DNA of 64,000 bases, taken from positions 647 to 64,646 of the forward strand of contig DASSMT010000317.1 of the NCBI GenBank assembly GCA_035688655.1, written 5' to 3'. The notes under the pieces are model-generated. The model was not told where the DNA came from, ran no database searches, and saw only the letters and a list, made by a program, of their open reading frames with translations. Numbering within the stretch: the stretch's first letter is position 1; each line of letters opens with the position of its first letter. Source of the DNA: Polyangiaceae bacterium. Lineage in GTDB: Bacteria > Myxococcota_A > Polyangia > Polyangiales > Polyangiaceae. This document shows positions 29,783 to 39,943 of this stretch, in pieces. A program made the position numbers and the translations under genes.

Positions 29783-31201
29783 TCAAATCCCGTAGTCGCG
29801 CGGGCCACCCCCACCTGGCGGGCGCGCCGCGGGCGCCGCAGGGGCAGCGCCGACTCCGGGCTTCTTCTTCTTTTCTTCCTCGAGCGGGAGCGATGAGGGG
29901 TCCAGGATGATCGGCGCTGGTTGAAACTTGGTCGAAGCGACCGGCTTCACCACGACCGCGGGCGGCACTGCAGCCGACGGCCGGGCAGCCACAATCGGTG
30001 GCTGGGGGGGTGGCGTATGCAGACTCGCAATCACCAAGAACCCTAGCACTGCCAACAATGCCCCGCCCACGGACAATACGATCAAGCGCTGTCTGCGCGG
30101 AAGCGAGGAAAGTTCAGGCAAAACCGAGCCACGGCGCGTGCGAGTGACCGGCGCGTCGGTGCCCTCGTCGCCTTCCAGCCGCGCCCGCTCGGCGAACGCA
30201 GCCGGCGAGCTGAAGCGCGCGCTCTGGTCGGCGTGCGGCATCGGGGGCGAGCGCTGCGACAGGTAGCGTAAGCCATCGAAGTCATTGAAGCTCGGCAACG
30301 CGACGCGCGGCGCGATGCTCGGCACGAGCATTTGCTTCGAGGTCTCGATGGCCTCACCAAAGGAATCGGAGAGCTCCTTGGCGGATTGAAAGCGAAACTC
30401 GCGATCGCGCGCCACCGCTCGCTGCCACCAAAGCTCGAGCGCGTCGGGCAAGCCGGGAGCGCTGGAGTTGATGGGAGGAATGGGATCGTAAATGATCATG
30501 CCCATCAGTTCGCCGAGCGCCTCACTCTCGAAGGGAGGCCGGCCGTTGAGACACTGATAAGCAATCACGCCGAGTGCCCACAAGTCCGAGCGCCAGTCGA
30601 TCGCGCGGCCGCGCGCCTGCTCTGGGCTCATGTAGTAGGGCGTGCCCATGAAAGACCCGGTCTTGGTGGTCTTACCGGCGAGCGAGTACTGTTCGTGCTT
30701 GGCGATGCCGAAATCCAGGACTTTTGCGACCTCTTGATCGTCGCCGGGCACGAGGAAAATGTTCTCCGGCTTGAGATCGCGGTGCACGATGCCCGCCGCA
30801 TGTGCCCGCACCAGCGCACGAGCCACCTGACTGACGATTTGATACGTCTGTTCGGTATCGAGCGAGCCCTCGCGCTCCAAACGTGCGCCGAGGTCTTCCC
30901 CTTCCAGATATTCCATCACGATGAACGGCGTGCCGTTCCAGATCCCGTGATCGAAGATGTCCACCACGTTCGCGCCGCGGATTTGGGCGGCCGCTTTTGC
31001 CTCACGCTCGAAACGAATCCGCACCTCTTCGTCCGCAGCCTTTTCGGGATCGACCAGTTTGACGGCGCACTGACTATCGAGCGACTGATCGTGCGCAAGC
31101 CACACCGAACCCATGCCACCGGCTCCCAGCTTTCGAAGCAGGCAGTAGCGGTCCGCGATGATGCTGCCAGTAGCGGCTGCTTGCACGAGGTTCGGTCTCA
31201 A
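29783..31201 (-). CDS. Transmembrane Ser/Thr protein kinase
   Basis: GAGGMG, AVK, HRDLKPEN, DFG, YMSPEQ, TM segment, Pro-rich tail. Confidence 0.95.
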   Translation of the reverse strand: MRPNLVQAAATGSIIADRYCLLRKLGAGGMGSVWLAHDQSLDSQCAVKLVDPEKAADEEVRIRFEREAKAAAQIRGANVVDIFDHGIWNGTPFIVMEYLEGEDLGARLEREGSLDTEQTYQIVSQVARALVRAHAAGIVHRDLKPENIFLVPGDDQEVAKVLDFGIAKHEQYSLAGKTTKTGSFMGTPYYMSPEQARGRAIDWRSDLWALGVIAYQCLNGRPPFESEALGELMGMIIYDPIPPINSSAPGLPDALELWWQRAVARDREFRFQSAKELSDSFGEAIETSKQMLVPSIAPRVALPSFNDFDGLRYLSQRSPPMPHADQSARFSSPAAFAERARLEGDEGTDAPVTRTRRGSVLPELSSLPRRQRLIVLSVGGALLAVLGFLVIASLHTPPPQPPIVAARPSAAVPPAVVVKPVASTKFQPAPIILDPSSLPLEEEKKKKPGVGAAPAAPAARPPGGGGPRDYGI

Positions 31202-31920
31202 GTGTTCGGGCTAAACAAGGTCGAGGCGCGTGAGTGTACGTTCCCCAAACGCACGCAAATCCAGTGAGCAAATATGCGACAAGGAGCCTAAAATACCTAC
31301 CTTAAGGGCATCCAAAAATCAAGGCTCCCGGGCCGGAACACGCCATATTTACCACATTCGACGGGTTCGTCGCGTGGGGCGCTTTTCCGCTTTTTTCGCG
31401 TCGGAACGTTTCCCCCAGGCTCCGGCCGTTTCCAGCGTTTCGTCCTCGGGCTTTCCACGTTTTCTCATGTTTGTTGAGTTTCGCGCAGGTTTGCCTTCCA
31501 TACGGCCAGCACCGGAATTTATTTCTAGAGCAAGCCAAGTTGCTTCAAGGGGTTATGTCGCTCCGAAGCCGTCAGCAGTCGGCTGACGGGACGAGTGAAT
31601 CCACACAGTTCGTCCATTTGTGAGATCGGCGTAACGTGCTGGAAATGCGGGCTCATCGCCTGAGTGAGTGGCGCCAGAGCGGCTTTTTTCGGAGGTCATG
31701 TTGCCGCCCCCCTGTTTCTTCTCAGCTGTCGCCGCGCAGTGCGTTTCGCATGTCTCACCTCTGCACGTCTGTCTCAATCCAAGCCGTTCGTCGCCAAGCC
31801 CCGCATTAGTACTTTTGTTGGGTTCTTCTACTTCTTCTTCGCGCATGGCGCGCATGGCGCGCCCGCGCAGCCCGCCGCTCCGGCGGGCGTCGCGCGATTC
31901 GTCACTGCTGTAATCGCGAC

Positions 31921-32346
31921 TCAGCGTAGGGCTCTCGACACTCGAGCCATGGCGCTGTGCACCGCTGCGCGCAGGGCGTCGCTCTGTGCCTCGGGCGCAT
32001 CGGCCTCTTCCGCCGTCGCGCGGCCATTGACGAGCGCGTGTAAGTTGGCCCCTTCGCGGAGGATCGCCACGGACACTACGCAGGTTGCTCGCGCAGAGTC
32101 CGCCGACTGGACGCTCTCCAGGCGCACGAGCGTGGCCGATAGCACATAGTGTCGGCTGGTCTTGAGCCGAGCGAATTCGGCAGACGCGAGCTCCGCGCGC
32201 AGCAACGCACGCAGTTCACGCTCGACTTCGGGTTTGGCTTTGCCCACGCCGATCGAGCCGAGGAAAACTGGTACCTCCGAGGCAGGCGCAGAACTGCTCG
32301 CGAGCAGTAGAGCGAGCGCGATGAGCACCGCCGCCCCAACAGACAT
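31921..32346 (-). CDS. Hypothetical secreted protein
   Basis: Signal-peptide-like N-terminus from ATG 32346; GC3-rich codons. Confidence 0.6.
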   Translation of the reverse strand: MSVGAAVLIALALLLASSSAPASEVPVFLGSIGVGKAKPEVERELRALLRAELASAEFARLKTSRHYVLSATLVRLESVQSADSARATCVVSVAILREGANLHALVNGRATAEEADAPEAQSDALRAAVHSAMARVSRALR

Positions 32347-32803
32347 TCGCACGCTGGTCACGCTCGAGTTCGAGCAAGTCCCATACCGCGCGGGCAAACA
32401 CTGCCGAGCCATCAGTTGGGGCTATCAGAGCGCGATCTATTGGCCAAGTTACTGGGGCAAACCTGCCGGCGACTCCCGTCACGAACATGAAATAATTGCT
32501 GGTGTTCAGCCGCCAGCGCAGGCGCGCCGCAGCAGTCGCTATGCTGTTCGCTGCATCGACCCGGTGCAGTTCAACTTCGTCGCCTGATCCTGATCACCTG
32601 ATCGCCTCGTTGCCGCTGCACCTCACCGCAGAGGGTGCTGCAGAACGTCACAGCGACGAACAGTCACAGTGCGAAACGAGGCGAATTAGCGGCACGCGGT
32701 TGTTGCGGGGCGGCTTGCGGGTCGCGCCGAGATGCCAATACTTAGGGGTGTGACGCAGAACAGCTCAGCTCCGGGGACCTCTCCAGCGCGCGACGCTCCT
32801 GAA

Positions 32804-32950
32804 ATGCGCAACGCTCCGAACTGCACGTCATGTGGTGGCCTCGACGTGCGGCGGTCGTACTCGCGCGGTCTGTTCGACGGTTTGGCGCGCACGTTGGGCT
32901 TCAAGCCCTACCGCTGTCGCGCTTGCCGTGCGCGCTTCTTCGCGAAGTAG
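32804..32950 (+). CDS. Small zinc-ribbon protein (48 aa)
   Basis: CTSCG...YRCRACRARF: two CxxC knuckles. Confidence 0.65.
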   Translation: MRNAPNCTSCGGLDVRRSYSRGLFDGLARTLGFKPYRCRACRARFFAK

Positions 32951-32964
32951 CAGACGAGTCGGCC

Positions 32965-33279
32965 TCAGCTGGCTGCGCGTTGCTGCTTGGCTTCCGCACG
33001 TCGCCGGAAGAAGCGACGCCAGAAGAACATGGCCACCAGGGCGAGCACCGCGCCGATCACCGCACACGTCAGCTGCAGTCGCACAAACTGCGTCAGTGCA
33101 AGGTTGACGCTCGGTGAGCACGAAAAGGAGTCTTGGAGCGGCTTGAACAACAAGCTGACGAGCTCCGGCCCCTCTGCGCTGGCTCCAGCAAACCCCAAGA
33201 TGACGCCCACGCAGGCTCCCAACAACGTGCGTCGGTGGTTGGTTTTCGAAAGTTCTTCTTCCGCCACGCAGGCCAGCAT
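32965..33279 (-). CDS. Small two-TM membrane protein
   Basis: Two hydrophobic segments, basic C-terminal tail; start uncertain. Confidence 0.5.
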   Translation of the reverse strand: MLACVAEEELSKTNHRRTLLGACVGVILGFAGASAEGPELVSLLFKPLQDSFSCSPSVNLALTQFVRLQLTCAVIGAVLALVAMFFWRRFFRRRAEAKQQRAAS

Positions 33280-33377
33280 AGGGGCACTCCGAGTTTGCGT
33301 CTACAGAATAGCCGCAACAACGGAATCCCGGGCCTGTGCTTGCCGTGTGCCAGTGCCGGTCGCATACACGGCCTATC

Positions 33378-34583
33378 GTGAGTCCGTTTGCATTTTGGTC
33401 TGTTGCGGCTTGGCTGTTCGTGGTCGCCTGCGCTTGGACTTTCCGTTCTCGCGCGTACGCGATCTTCCGCGCAGTGTTGCTCGGTTTCCAGGTGTTGTTC
33501 GCAAGCGCGCTCTATCCACGCTTTCACAGCGTGTGGCCGCTCTTCGTCTACGGTCACGCCGCGGTTTTCGTGCAATCACTGGTCTTGATTCGCCCCAGCA
33601 TGGGCGGCTTGCCCTATCGCGTTTTGGTCAGCATTCCCGGTGCGTTCTTCGGTGCGGGCACGCTACTCGCCTTGCCCTGGGTGCTCTGCACGCTGTTCCG
33701 ATTCGAATTGCCCGCCCCGTGGCTGCCCTACGCCGTGGCCTTGCTGGGCGTGCTTCAGTCCCTGCGCAGCAAGGAAGAACAAGTGCACGTGGTGGTGGCC
33801 GACGGAGAGTCCGTGCCGGAGTTGAAGCGACATTCGGTGCGCGCGCCGAGCAGCGGTCGCCCACTGTCGATCGTGCAGATCACCGACCCGCATCTGGGTC
33901 CGTTCATGTCGGTGGCGCGCCTGCGTGGGATTTGCGAACGTGCGGTGGCACGAAACCCGGACTTGGTGCTGCTCACCGGTGATTTCTTGACCATGGAGTC
34001 GCAGAGCGATCCTGCACTCTTGGCTGCGGCGCTGGCGCCACTCGCGGCATTGCCAGGGCGTTGCTTCGCTTGCTTCGGCAACCACGATCATGAAGCGCCC
34101 GACACCGTTCGCAGCGCTCTCGAGAGCGCTGGTGTCACCTTGCTCGTGGACGACGCGCGCGAGCTCGTCACTCCGGCCGGCCCCGTGCAGATCGTGGGGA
34201 TGGATTTCGTGTGGCGCGGACGCAAGGAACACCTGGCACGCGTCTGTGCGCGGCATCCGCGTGTTGCCGATCATTTGCGGATCGTCCTCTTGCACGATCC
34301 GGGCGCCTTCCGTGATCTGCCGGAGGGAGAGGCGGATCTGGCCTTGTCTGGGCACACGCACGGCGGCCAAGTGGGCCTGGTCAGCTTGGGCTTCGATTGG
34401 ACGATGATGCGCGTGTTCGTGAACGCACCGGATCACGGGTTCTGGGCGCGCGGCAACGACCGGCTGTATGTGCACCGCGGCACGGGTCACTACGGGTTCC
34501 CGCTGCGGCTCGGCGTGCCCGGCGAGCAGAGTTTGCTATTCGTTCACTCTGCCATTTTCGCCAGCGTTCGTGCTCCCGCTTGA
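33378..34583 (+). CDS. Membrane-anchored metallophosphoesterase (YkuE/YaeI-like)
   Basis: N-terminal TMs; TDPHLG, LTGDF, GNHD, LLHDP, GHTHGGQ. Confidence 0.88.
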   Translation: MSPFAFWSVAAWLFVVACAWTFRSRAYAIFRAVLLGFQVLFASALYPRFHSVWPLFVYGHAAVFVQSLVLIRPSMGGLPYRVLVSIPGAFFGAGTLLALPWVLCTLFRFELPAPWLPYAVALLGVLQSLRSKEEQVHVVVADGESVPELKRHSVRAPSSGRPLSIVQITDPHLGPFMSVARLRGICERAVARNPDLVLLTGDFLTMESQSDPALLAAALAPLAALPGRCFACFGNHDHEAPDTVRSALESAGVTLLVDDARELVTPAGPVQIVGMDFVWRGRKEHLARVCARHPRVADHLRIVLLHDPGAFRDLPEGEADLALSGHTHGGQVGLVSLGFDWTMMRVFVNAPDHGFWARGNDRLYVHRGTGHYGFPLRLGVPGEQSLLFVHSAIFASVRAPA

Positions 34584-34979
34584 GAGCGGCGCCTCATACG
34601 CGGCCCACGCGACGTGCGACTCGTGCAGCGTGACGCGCAGGCCGACCAAGCGCTCCGAACCGGGACCGAGCTCCCCAGCGCCGATTCGCGCTGCCAGACG
34701 TTCGAACACTATCCGTGACAGGAATTCAGTCGTGGTATTTTGATTGGCGAAGGCTGGGTCCTCGTCCAAATTCCGAAAATCGAGCGCGGCCAAGATCGCG
34801 GACAGAGCCTGCGCCGCGCGACCGATGTCGACCACGACACCCTCCGGTCCCAGCTCTCGTGCCCGAAATTCTGCGTCGACCAGGTAGGTCGCGCCGTGCA
34901 GGCGCTGCGCGGGACCGAACAACTCACCGCGAAAGCTATGAGCAATCATCATGTGACCACGAACACAAACGCTGAACAT
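34536..34979 (-). CDS. 6-pyruvoyl/6-carboxy-tetrahydropterin synthase (PTPS/QueD-like) family protein
   Basis: MIAHS, LHGATY, RNLDE, NTTTE, LHES. Confidence 0.85.
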   Translation of the reverse strand: MFSVCVRGHMMIAHSFRGELFGPAQRLHGATYLVDAEFRARELGPEGVVVDIGRAAQALSAILAALDFRNLDEDPAFANQNTTTEFLSRIVFERLAARIGAGELGPGSERLVGLRVTLHESHVAWAAYEAPLSSGSTNAGENGRVNE

Positions 34980-34998
34980 CGGAACTCCTTCACGAAAC

Positions 34999-35970
34999 TC
35001 AATAACGCAAGCGATGGCCGAGGCCGCTGCTCGGCGGTCGCGTCAGACGCTGCATTGCGGCCGGTAGATCCTCGAACGGGGTCTCACTATCGATCACGCG
35101 CTCGAGCAGTGGGTCAGCGCACAATTCGAGCGCCAGAGACAGGCGCGCGCGGTGATCGAAACGGCCACGCGCGTGCGGGCTCAACGTGCCCACTTGCGAA
35201 GAACGCAGGCACAGCCTGCGCGCGTGAAACGCCTCGCCGAGTGGCAGACTGACTTCGCTCGCGCCGAACCAACTGAGCTCGAGCACCGTCGCTTCCGTGC
35301 CGGCCAATGACAGGCTCGTCCGCAGCCCCGCTTCGCTACCGCTGGCGTGCAGCACCAGATCGCGTTCACGCTGTGCGTCGCCAGGCTGAGCAAAGCTTGC
35401 GCCGAGCGCATGCGCGATTGGAGCGCGCTCGGCCTGAAGATCCACGAGCTCGACCGACAGCGCGGGGTGCCGAGCCAGCAAATAGGCGCACAGACAGCCC
35501 ACCACGCCGCCGCCCACCACACTGACGCGATCGCCCAGGCGTGGCGCAGCGTCCCAAATGGCGTTGATCGCGGTCTCCAAGTTGGCGGCCAGAACCGCGC
35601 GTTCGGGCGGCACTCCCTGTGGCAGCGGCAGCACCGCCGACGCCGGCACGACGTACGCTGATTGGTGCGGGAACAAGCAAAACACGAGCTGCCCCAGCAG
35701 CTCGGCGCTGCCCGCCTCGACTCGGCCAACACTCGAGTAGCCGTATTTGACGGGCCCCGGAAAATCACCGACCTGATGCGGACAGCGCATGCGCTCTCGT
35801 TCGCTGTGCGGCACCCGACCATGAAACACGAGCGACTCCGTGCCGCGACTGACCGCGCCGTACAACGCTCGAACGAGCACCTCATCAGCGGCTGGCGTCG
35901 GCAATCGCTCTGAGCGCAGCTCACCCCGGCCCGGCTCCACGATCCAAAAGGCACGCGCCGATTCGCTCAT
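34999..35970 (-). CDS. Zinc-binding (MDR family) dehydrogenase
   Basis: [29 protein letters not shown]-binding motif. Confidence 0.85.
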   Translation of the reverse strand: MSESARAFWIVEPGRGELRSERLPTPAADEVLVRALYGAVSRGTESLVFHGRVPHSERERMRCPHQVGDFPGPVKYGYSSVGRVEAGSAELLGQLVFCLFPHQSAYVVPASAVLPLPQGVPPERAVLAANLETAINAIWDAAPRLGDRVSVVGGGVVGCLCAYLLARHPALSVELVDLQAERAPIAHALGASFAQPGDAQRERDLVLHASGSEAGLRTSLSLAGTEATVLELSWFGASEVSLPLGEAFHARRLCLRSSQVGTLSPHARGRFDHRARLSLALELCADPLLERVIDSETPFEDLPAAMQRLTRPPSSGLGHRLRY

Positions 35971-36057
35971 TCGTCCTGTCCCACGATGGTCGCTTGATAG
36001 CACGAGCTGGTGAGAGCCGAGCAGCCCAAACGACGGCTCGAGCCGAACGGTACGCGC

Positions 36058-36993
36058 TCAGCAGCGTGATAGGTGACAATCGAACAGCACGTCTTCACCC
36101 AAGCTGAAGCGTCGCGTAGCCGGTCGCAGCGCTTGCTCGAGCCGCTCCACGCCGGGCAAGCTGAGCCCCGGCCGACCGCGACCGATCAAAATCGGGCACA
36201 CGGTGACGTGCAGGCGATCGAGGCAACGCGCTTGAATGAAATGCGAGAGCGTCACTCCCCCGCCCTCCACGAACACGCGCTTGAGCCCGCGGGCGGCCAG
36301 CGCGTGGAGCAGCTCTCTCAAAGAAAGGCGCTCGCCTTCAAAGGGCAGCTCCAGGAGCGGAATGCGCGGGGGGCCCGGGCGGCGCCCAGCTGCGCGCGAA
36401 CAGGCAATCAGCGTCGGCGCCAGACCGTCCCGATACAGCTTGCGCGCGTGCTCGATGCGCAGCGTGGGATCGATCACGACCCGCGTCGGGTGGTCGCCGG
36501 GAACCAGACGTGTAGTGAGCTCGGGATCGTCCGCGGCGACCGTCCCGGCGCCGACCACCACGGCGTCCATCAATGAGCGCAAGCGGTGCATATGCACGAT
36601 ATTTTCGGGACCGCTGACGTAGCGCGATGCACCGGACACGGTCGCGATTTGCCCATCCAAGCTCTGGCCGACGTGGCCCACGACCAAACGCTCGGCGCTC
36701 TCGCCGACGCACAGCGGCAGGTACAGTTCGAGCAACTGGCGCACGCTGGGCGCCAAGCGCTGCGCGGTCGAAAACCAGGGTTCGCCGTTCGGGTCGATCA
36801 CGAGCTCGGCGCGCTCACTGGCGAGCTCTTCGATTCTGCCGCCCGAGTCACAAGCAATGCCCGTGCGTTCGCGAATCGGCTGACCCGCCCGCGCTCGGCG
36901 TGCGAGCCCACGTAACAGACTCCACGCCCAAGCTTCGTCCTGAAGCATCAGCGACTGGAACCCCGGCTGCGACCGCGCCTGATCAGCAAGCAT
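36058..36993 (-). CDS. RibD C-terminal-like reductase (no deaminase domain)
   Basis: GQSLDGQIAT, HRLRS, VGAGTV..DDPELT, VEGGG. Confidence 0.85.
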   Translation of the reverse strand: MLADQARSQPGFQSLMLQDEAWAWSLLRGLARRARAGQPIRERTGIACDSGGRIEELASERAELVIDPNGEPWFSTAQRLAPSVRQLLELYLPLCVGESAERLVVGHVGQSLDGQIATVSGASRYVSGPENIVHMHRLRSLMDAVVVGAGTVAADDPELTTRLVPGDHPTRVVIDPTLRIEHARKLYRDGLAPTLIACSRAAGRRPGPPRIPLLELPFEGERLSLRELLHALAARGLKRVFVEGGGVTLSHFIQARCLDRLHVTVCPILIGRGRPGLSLPGVERLEQALRPATRRFSLGEDVLFDCHLSRC

Positions 36994-37194
36994 GCCTTCA
37001 GTGTAGCCGCGCCCGCGGGAAGGATCGATGAATGAGCAATTTTCGACTCAAACCTGCAGCGAAAGCGCGCACGGCCCGTTCGAAATCGAGAGTGATGGAG
37101 TGCCTTAACGCCCCGCTCGGAGCTCGCGGATGCGTGTCATGCCCCAAACCACGGCGCTCGAAGTCTCGAACGCAAAACGACCCGAGGCATTCGC

Positions 37195-37806
37195 TCAAAA
37201 CAAGAACGAGAAGCCGAACGAGAACGACGGATAGCCGAGGCGCAATGTCAAAGCCATGCTGTCGTTGAAGTGAAACCGGCCACCCGCATTGAACACCGGC
37301 ACCACGCCGAACTCCGAAGGGCGGTGGTAGAGCGCCAACCCGGGCTCGCCGAACACCGACCACTTCCGATGCAGCCAAAAGTTCCACTGCATGACCACTG
37401 GGATGTAGATGTAATTCGAGGAGTGCGCGCTGGTCTCGACGCACACCGGCACCCCTTGTGCGGTGTACTCGAAGCGACGGCAATAGGCGCGCCCGCTCAG
37501 GCCATCGTAGTGAATCCAATCGAGGCCAAAGCCAATCCCGACCGAATCATTGAGTTTGGGGATGAAGCCCTCGCGCGCAATTTCGATGGTGCCGCGCACG
37601 CCGAGCCCGTAGCCCTCGCCGCTCGGATCGTCGGGGGCCTCGAAGGGCGTGAACAGCAGGTGCGGTTCGAGCTCGAACGAATACGCGGGCCGCTGTCCGG
37701 GAACGCGGATCGTCGATTGTGCGTGCGCGCGGCTGGAAACACAGATCAATAGGGCCGCACAGCTCACGCTGAGCAGGGCGAGACCAAGGGCGTTCCGCTC
37801 TTTCAC
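37195..37806 (-). CDS. Outer-membrane beta-barrel-like protein
   Basis: GTG start overlapping the upstream TGA; signal peptide ...RAHA; alternating beta strands; C-terminal GFSFLF. Confidence 0.65.
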   Translation of the reverse strand: MKERNALGLALLSVSCAALLICVSSRAHAQSTIRVPGQRPAYSFELEPHLLFTPFEAPDDPSGEGYGLGVRGTIEIAREGFIPKLNDSVGIGFGLDWIHYDGLSGRAYCRRFEYTAQGVPVCVETSAHSSNYIYIPVVMQWNFWLHRKWSVFGEPGLALYHRPSEFGVVPVFNAGGRFHFNDSMALTLRLGYPSFSFGFSFLF

Positions 37807-38321
37807 GGGCAGCCTCCACAGGCAAAGCGACCAGGCCCGCATTCCATGGCAGGAACGTTGCCCGCGCAGCTCACCCGACAGCCACCGCCCATGCAATTCA
37901 CCGTGCAGCTGCCGCTGCATGCCACGTCGCAGCTGCCCACCTGTTGACAGGTCACTTCGCTGTTCGGACCCACCTCGGCCGAGCACTGCTTGGTGTCGTG
38001 ACAATCGAGATGACAGTTGTCGCCGCAAATCACGCCGCAGCTGTCGGTGCTAAAACATTCCAGACCGCAGCCCGAGCCACAGGACTGCGAACAGTGGCGC
38101 ACGTCGTGACACTGCGAGTGGCAACCTTCACCGCAGATCGTGCCGCATTGATTCATGCTGTGACACGACTGGTCACAATGGTTGTCGCAGCCCAGGTAGC
38201 ATTGGTCGCCCTCCGAGCACTCACAGTGCTCGCCCGACGAACAATTGTCGCCGGACGTACAGCCCGTCCAGCACCAGGTACACATGAGAAATAAGCCGAG
38301 TACGGCCAAGACACGACGCAT
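37803..38321 (-). CDS. Cys-rich repeat lipoprotein
   Basis: Signal + WTGC lipobox; 33 Cys; 18-aa C-x3-C-x3-C-x3-C-x5 repeats. Confidence 0.75.
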   Translation of the reverse strand: MRRVLAVLGLFLMCTWCWTGCTSGDNCSSGEHCECSEGDQCYLGCDNHCDQSCHSMNQCGTICGEGCHSQCHDVRHCSQSCGSGCGLECFSTDSCGVICGDNCHLDCHDTKQCSAEVGPNSEVTCQQVGSCDVACSGSCTVNCMGGGCRVSCAGNVPAMECGPGRFACGGCP

Positions 38322-38449
38322 CAGGCCGGCAGCCTAGAGCAACTTCAGCGAAAGTGCGCGACAAAATCGCGAGCGTTCGCGGCTTTACTCGCGCTGCTCC
38401 TTCGCGATTTTCGTGGGCGATTGCCGCGTTCCCTGGCGTTGGCGTCGGA

Positions 38450-39913
38450 CTAGCCCTGCGGGTTGGCCTTCAGCGCGGTCAGCAACTCCTGCAGATCGAC
38501 CAGCGCGAAGGTGCTCGCGTAATCGCTCATCGCGTACGGGATGACCAGATCTTTGCCGTGGATTTGGCCGCCGCAGCTATAGACGACGTTGGGTACGTAG
38601 CCTTCGCGCTCACTGTGCTCCGGAGACAACAGTGGCTCGCGCAAGCGACCGATGACCTTCGACGGATCATTGATATCGAGCAGGAATGCGCCGATCGAAT
38701 ATTTGCGCATCGGCCCCACGCCGTGGCTGAGCACGAGCCAGCCTGCATCCGTCTCGATCGGCGAGCCACAGTTGCCGAGCTGAACGAACTCCCAACCATA
38801 GGTCGGCTTGAGCAACGTTTCGCGGTTCAACCAGAAGTGCAGATCCTCCGAATACATCAGGAAGATGTTCTCACCGTCTTGGCGCGACAGCATCGCGTAG
38901 CGACCGTTGATCTTGCGCGGAAACAAGGCCATGCCCTTGTTCTGCACCTGCGGGCCGTTCATGGTGCTGATCTTGAAGCGCAGAAAATCCGAGGTTTCCA
39001 AGATTTGCGGGAAGGTGACGCGCCCGTCGTAAGCCGTGTAGGTCGCGAAATATTTGGTGTGTCCGTCTTCTTCCGTGAACTGCACGAAGCGCGCGTCCTC
39101 CACACCATTCGATTCCGTGGGTGAATTCGGAAAAATGATGCGCTCGGACATTTGGTGCATCGGTTCGTAGATGAGCTCGTAATTGGCCTCAGCCAGCGCC
39201 AGTATGGAACGCGACGTCGCGGGCGGTAGGCTCTTCGACTGCGTGCGATACTCGACCTCGACCGCGCGTACGGCGGCGCGCAGCTCCTTCATGTTGAACG
39301 AATCACCCAGCCGCGACAAGACGCGCTGCGAGAAGCCATCTGCGGTACCGAGCTCGAACAGCGTGCGTTCGAACAAGAACTTGTCGTAAAACGGGTCTGG
39401 CACCGTCTCGGGCGTGGTCACGAACGGCGTCACCGGGTCGAGCGTGATCTCGCAGTGCTGATTGATGACTCCCGAGCGAAAGGTGATCGAAGAAATGTGC
39501 CCTTCCCCGGTCGAACGCAAGCTGAGCACGAAGCGACGAGAGCCTTCGGGCAGACCGCTCTGATCCGGGTGCCAAACCAACGACGGGTTGAAGAGCGCCG
39601 CGGATTCGACCGAGTATTCTTGCGTGAAATAGGCTCCGATCAACATGCGCCGTTCTTCCGGCAGGGGCGCGTCCGTCACCATGAAGCGCCGCATCTGCTC
39701 GAAGCGCACCAAAAAGAACTGCTGCAAGCGATGGTGGCGCCCGCGGAACTCGTGCATCACGTGCTCGAGCAACTGGGTCACTTCATCGTCCCGCAGCGCC
39801 ATCACGCGCGCTACGATGCGCACCACGCGCGCCTCGTCGATTTGATTGAATGGACGAAACAGCACTCGCGCCGCGTTCGGGCGGATCACGATGTTCGTTC
39901 GACGCACCATCAT
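38450..39913 (-). CDS. GH130-family glycosidase/phosphorylase with N-terminal extension
   Basis: ALFNPS, GVEDARF, TYTAYDG, NKGMALFP, GYVPNVVYSCG. Confidence 0.85.
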   Translation of the reverse strand: MMVRRTNIVIRPNAARVLFRPFNQIDEARVVRIVARVMALRDDEVTQLLEHVMHEFRGRHHRLQQFFLVRFEQMRRFMVTDAPLPEERRMLIGAYFTQEYSVESAALFNPSLVWHPDQSGLPEGSRRFVLSLRSTGEGHISSITFRSGVINQHCEITLDPVTPFVTTPETVPDPFYDKFLFERTLFELGTADGFSQRVLSRLGDSFNMKELRAAVRAVEVEYRTQSKSLPPATSRSILALAEANYELIYEPMHQMSERIIFPNSPTESNGVEDARFVQFTEEDGHTKYFATYTAYDGRVTFPQILETSDFLRFKISTMNGPQVQNKGMALFPRKINGRYAMLSRQDGENIFLMYSEDLHFWLNRETLLKPTYGWEFVQLGNCGSPIETDAGWLVLSHGVGPMRKYSIGAFLLDINDPSKVIGRLREPLLSPEHSEREGYVPNVVYSCGGQIHGKDLVIPYAMSDYASTFALVDLQELLTALKANPQG

Positions 39914-39943
39914 GGCGACTGATCTCTGGTCTCTGGGGTTCGT

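Noticed and set aside
33337-33352. Possible sigma54 site TGGCACACGGCAAGCA (- strand)
   Set aside because: Correct spacing but a poor -12 element (AAGC) and isolated from the island; not counted.
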